DNA of 63,737 nucleotides, the filler included. It is 3 parts of 3 records of this genome, joined end to end, with 100 filler letters (N's around TTAATTAATTAA, not from the genome) between each part and the next. Parts side by side here need not be neighbours in the genome. Positions count along the whole stretch, not along the records: positions 56,659 to 63,737 come from SRR22947727_1008; 2 more parts are not named here. One strand, written 5' to 3'. Positions 61,451 to 63,737 of the stretch are shown here, piece by piece (the first letter of the stretch is position 1; each line of letters opens with the position of its first letter). A program made the translations under genes and the position numbers. The notes under the pieces are model-generated. The model had not been told where the DNA came from and did not search any database. It saw only the letters and a program-made list of their open reading frames with translations.

Positions 61451-61749
61451 TAATCAAGATTTAAAATTTGTTCTAACTTTGCCATCATAATAACTTTTAA
61501 AACTGATTTACTAATTTCTTTTAGTGTAACTTTAGTTCCAAGTTCGATTGCTTTTTGATGACTTTCAATTAAAACGGATATTCCCGAGGAGTCCATGTAC
61601 TGAACATCTTTTAGATTTAAGTGAACTTCTTTTTTTGCTTCAATTAATGGCATGATTACCTCTTTAGCTTTTTCGGTAACATCCATGTCAATCTCACCAT
61701 CCAGGTAGACAGTTGCAATATTTTCTTCTTCTGTAACTTTGTATGACAT
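61450..61749 (-). CDS. RsbV/SpoIIAA-like STAS protein (anti-anti-sigma factor)
   Basis: LDGEIDM...VQYMDSSGISVL with the phospho-acceptor Ser; coupled to the kinase gene by a TAATG overlap. Confidence 0.92.
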   Translation of the reverse strand: MSYKVTEEENIATVYLDGEIDMDVTEKAKEVIMPLIEAKKEVHLNLKDVQYMDSSGISVLIESHQKAIELGTKVTLKEISKSVLKVIMMAKLEQILNLD

Positions 61750-61899
61750 AATTTCCTTATATTTATTAGATTTTAGCCAAAATCACAATAAATACAATCT
61801 ATGATTGACCCAAAATGATGATTTGAATTATATACATAATTGTATTTAAATATATAAACTTGAAAAAAAACATAAAACAATAAAAGAGAGTTTAAAAAC

Positions 61900-62379
61900 A
61901 TGAAAAAAAATAATAATAAAGGTTTTACATTGATTGAGCTACTAGTTGTTGTAGCAATCATCGGAATTCTTGCGGCTGTTGGTGTAGTTGCTTATTCAGG
62001 TTACACAGCAGGTGCTAAAAAACAAGCAACTAAATCAAATCAAGCTTCAGTTGTTAAATATATTGCTGCTGAATTACAAAAATGTAATTTAGGTGAGGCA
62101 AAAGCTATGAAAAACTCAGCTGGTGTAGATCAGTTAGTTTGTGCTGCTAAAACTGGAGCAACAGTTGTTACAGCATCAGTAAATGCTTTAGGTGATTTTA
62201 AAAATCCATATGTAACAGCAAGTGCAGCTGTTGTAAGCGCTGGCGCTTATACAACAGATGGAAATGCTGGAGTAACAGGTGTAAGTGCTGCAGGATCTAC
62301 AATTACAATCGGTACATGCATTGAAGAACCTTGCAGTACTGCAGGTAACACTCAAACTAATACAGTACTAGTAGAGTAA
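61900..62379 (+). CDS. Type IV pilin (probable major pilin)
   Basis: Class III signal KG/FTLIELLVVVAIIGILAAVG with Glu5; C-terminal Cys pair. Confidence 0.93.
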   Translation: MKKNNNKGFTLIELLVVVAIIGILAAVGVVAYSGYTAGAKKQATKSNQASVVKYIAAELQKCNLGEAKAMKNSAGVDQLVCAAKTGATVVTASVNALGDFKNPYVTASAAVVSAGAYTTDGNAGVTGVSAAGSTITIGTCIEEPCSTAGNTQTNTVLVE

Positions 62380-62404
62380 TAGATTAATATTGAAACACTC
62401 TTTT

Positions 62405-62818
62405 ATGACTACCAAAAGCTCAGGGTTCACTCTTATTGAGCTTTTGGTGGTCGTTGCAATATTAGGAATTATAGCTGCAATAGGAATTTCAAGTTATAAT
62501 GGTTATGTTGCTGGAGCAAAAAGAAAGTCTGCAGAAAATGTAATGCAGCAAATCTCACTAGGTCAAACTGAATATTATTCTGATAATGGAATGTATTACA
62601 TGAACACTACCAGTACAAATTGTAGCCCAACATCAGCAACTTCAACACAAATTGAACAAGCATTATTGGGTGGATCAGACAACATCACTACAGAGATGGG
62701 ATACGAATTGTGCATCTCTAACGATGCATCAAACTATAAAATTTTAGCAAAAGAAACAGGTGGTAATTGCCAAGTTACTTTAACAGCACTAAACGTTATA
62801 GCTCGTCAAAATTGCTAA
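62405..62818 (+). CDS. Type IV pilin (PilE-like minor pilin)
   Basis: SG/FTLIELLVVVAILGIIAAIG, Q.EYYSDNG.Y, four Cys. Likely start ATG 62405. Confidence 0.9.
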   Translation: MTTKSSGFTLIELLVVVAILGIIAAIGISSYNGYVAGAKRKSAENVMQQISLGQTEYYSDNGMYYMNTTSTNCSPTSATSTQIEQALLGGSDNITTEMGYELCISNDASNYKILAKETGGNCQVTLTALNVIARQNC

Positions 62819-62827
62819 TAATTAAAA

Positions 62828-63085
62828 ATGAATTTAGATGATTTAAAAGAATATCTATCAAAATTACCTAAAATTGATTTCACTCAGAAAGAAAAAATTT
62901 ATGCAACTATTAGTTTAGGGTGGATAATATTTATAGGTTATCTTACTTGGTGGAATGGCCTTAAAGGCTTTGCAACGGATAAAAGTTTCAAATGGGATGA
63001 ATGGTTTTGGTTTGGTTTGGTACCAGCTTTAGCGCCATATCTATTTTTTTATATATGGAAAAAAAAAGATCCAGAAGATCAATAA
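62828..63085 (+). CDS. Small hypothetical membrane protein (2 TM, Trp-rich)
   Basis: 85 aa with two hydrophobic segments; starts 9 bp after the second pilin. Confidence 0.7.
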   Translation: MNLDDLKEYLSKLPKIDFTQKEKIYATISLGWIIFIGYLTWWNGLKGFATDKSFKWDEWFWFGLVPALAPYLFFYIWKKKDPEDQ

Positions 63086-63206
63086 ACTTTATTTAATTTC
63101 AAATATTACATTTTGAGTTCAAATATCACACTAAAATGGTCTACATTCTTGTAGATTAAACGCTTAAAAATAGTTAAGGTTTTAATAAAAAACTTAAAGG
63201 AAGATT

Positions 63207-63533
63207 ATGAAAAAAATATATTTATCATTATTTTTACTAATTTTTTCGACTAATGTTTTTGCTGCTCAAACACAAATTGCTCAGGTAAATGGCATGATGT
63301 GTATCAAGTGTCAAAAAATGGTAACTGAGGCACTTCAAGCTGCAAGTCCAAATGCTACTGTTAAAGTTTCATGGCCTGAAGGCGTTGCTGTTTCATCTTT
63401 TGAAGATAAATCTAATCTGACAGATGATGATTACAAAGAAGCAATTGCTGGTACAGGTTTTGAGGTGATAAAAGTGGTGAGTGTTGAAAAAATTATTACT
63501 GACGCTGGAGAAGCTAGAAAATTAGTAGATTAA
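63207..63533 (+). CDS. Secreted heavy-metal-associated (HMA; MerP/CopZ-like) protein
   Basis: Sec signal peptide, then VNGMMCIKC (GMxCxxC) and AI...GF loop. Confidence 0.85.
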   Translation: MKKIYLSLFLLIFSTNVFAAQTQIAQVNGMMCIKCQKMVTEALQAASPNATVKVSWPEGVAVSSFEDKSNLTDDDYKEAIAGTGFEVIKVVSVEKIITDAGEARKLVD

Positions 63534-63545
63534 TAAAAAAAAATT

Positions 63546-63737
63546 ATGACTGCGGCTGAAACTCAGATTTTACTTAATGAGCTGCAGTCAAAAATTGATA
63601 AACTTCCAACTAAGGGTACCCTAAAAGCATTAGAGTTTCGACTTGATGCAATCTTACAAGCTAACCTGGATACATTTTGGCTCCTGATTTGTGCTATTTT
63701 AGTATTTTTAATGCAAGCAGGCTTTATGTGTTTAGAG
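63546..63737 (+). CDS. amt: Ammonium transporter (Amt family), N-terminus only
   Basis: Not in the ORF track. Translation: MTAAETQILLNELQSKIDKLPTKGTLKALEFRLDAILQANLDTFWLLICAILVFLMQAGFMCLE; DTxWLL..A.LVFLMQAGF..LE is the Amt TM1 motif. Confidence 0.9.
   Translation, partial: MTAAETQILLNELQSKIDKLPTKGTLKALEFRLDAILQANLDTFWLLICAILVFLMQAGFMCLE

Noticed and set aside
63156-63197. Multiple TTAA tetramers upstream of the HMA gene as CtrA sites
   Set aside because: None of the pairs has the 7-nt spacing of the consensus.

Overview
The window is not one genomic locus. It is three contigs joined by two identical 100-nt linkers (44 N + TTAATTAATTAA + 44 N) at 30034-30133 and 56559-56658, so adjacency across the linkers means nothing. 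Segment 1 (1-30033) is very AT-rich, streamlined alphaproteobacterial core genome (SAR11-like or HIMB59-like by inference): nadK, moaA, dksA, recA with two LexA boxes, alaS, icd, an RND pump, rlmE, guaA, yfgM-bamB-der, cvpA, an MMPL transporter, dnaB, rplI-rpsR-rpsF, fabD-fabG-acpP-fabF, mltG, gmk and rsmA. Segment 2 (30134-56558) is roughly 50% GC by eye and comes from another alphaproteobacterium (SAR116-like by inference). It is mainly organic-nitrogen catabolism: an atypical ureohydrolase, a LysR-controlled TAXI-TRAP plus opine-oxidase-like/D-amino-acid dehydrogenase operon, a photolyase-family gene, a SufS-like PLP enzyme lacking the usual Cys, a DmdA-like GcvT paralog, an M20 hydrolase, an amidase, a truncated OppF remnant, a citryl-CoA-lyase-like gene, an HDAC-family gene and htpG. 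Segment 3 (56659-63737) is AT-rich (Pelagibacterales-like by inference). It holds a type IV pilus locus (pilQ-pilB-pilC, two pilins) with an antisense RsbV/RsbW-type partner-switching pair inside it, then a secreted HMA protein and the 5' end of an ammonium transporter. The best candidate for an undescribed system is a possible ammonium-sensing partner switch linked to the type IV pilus in segment 3; it cannot be confirmed here because the amt gene is cut off by the window end. The second candidate is the TAXI-TRAP/opine-oxidase-like operon in segment 2. I saw no rRNA, tRNA, CRISPR array or transposase. Family and taxonomy calls come from motif recognition, not database searches.
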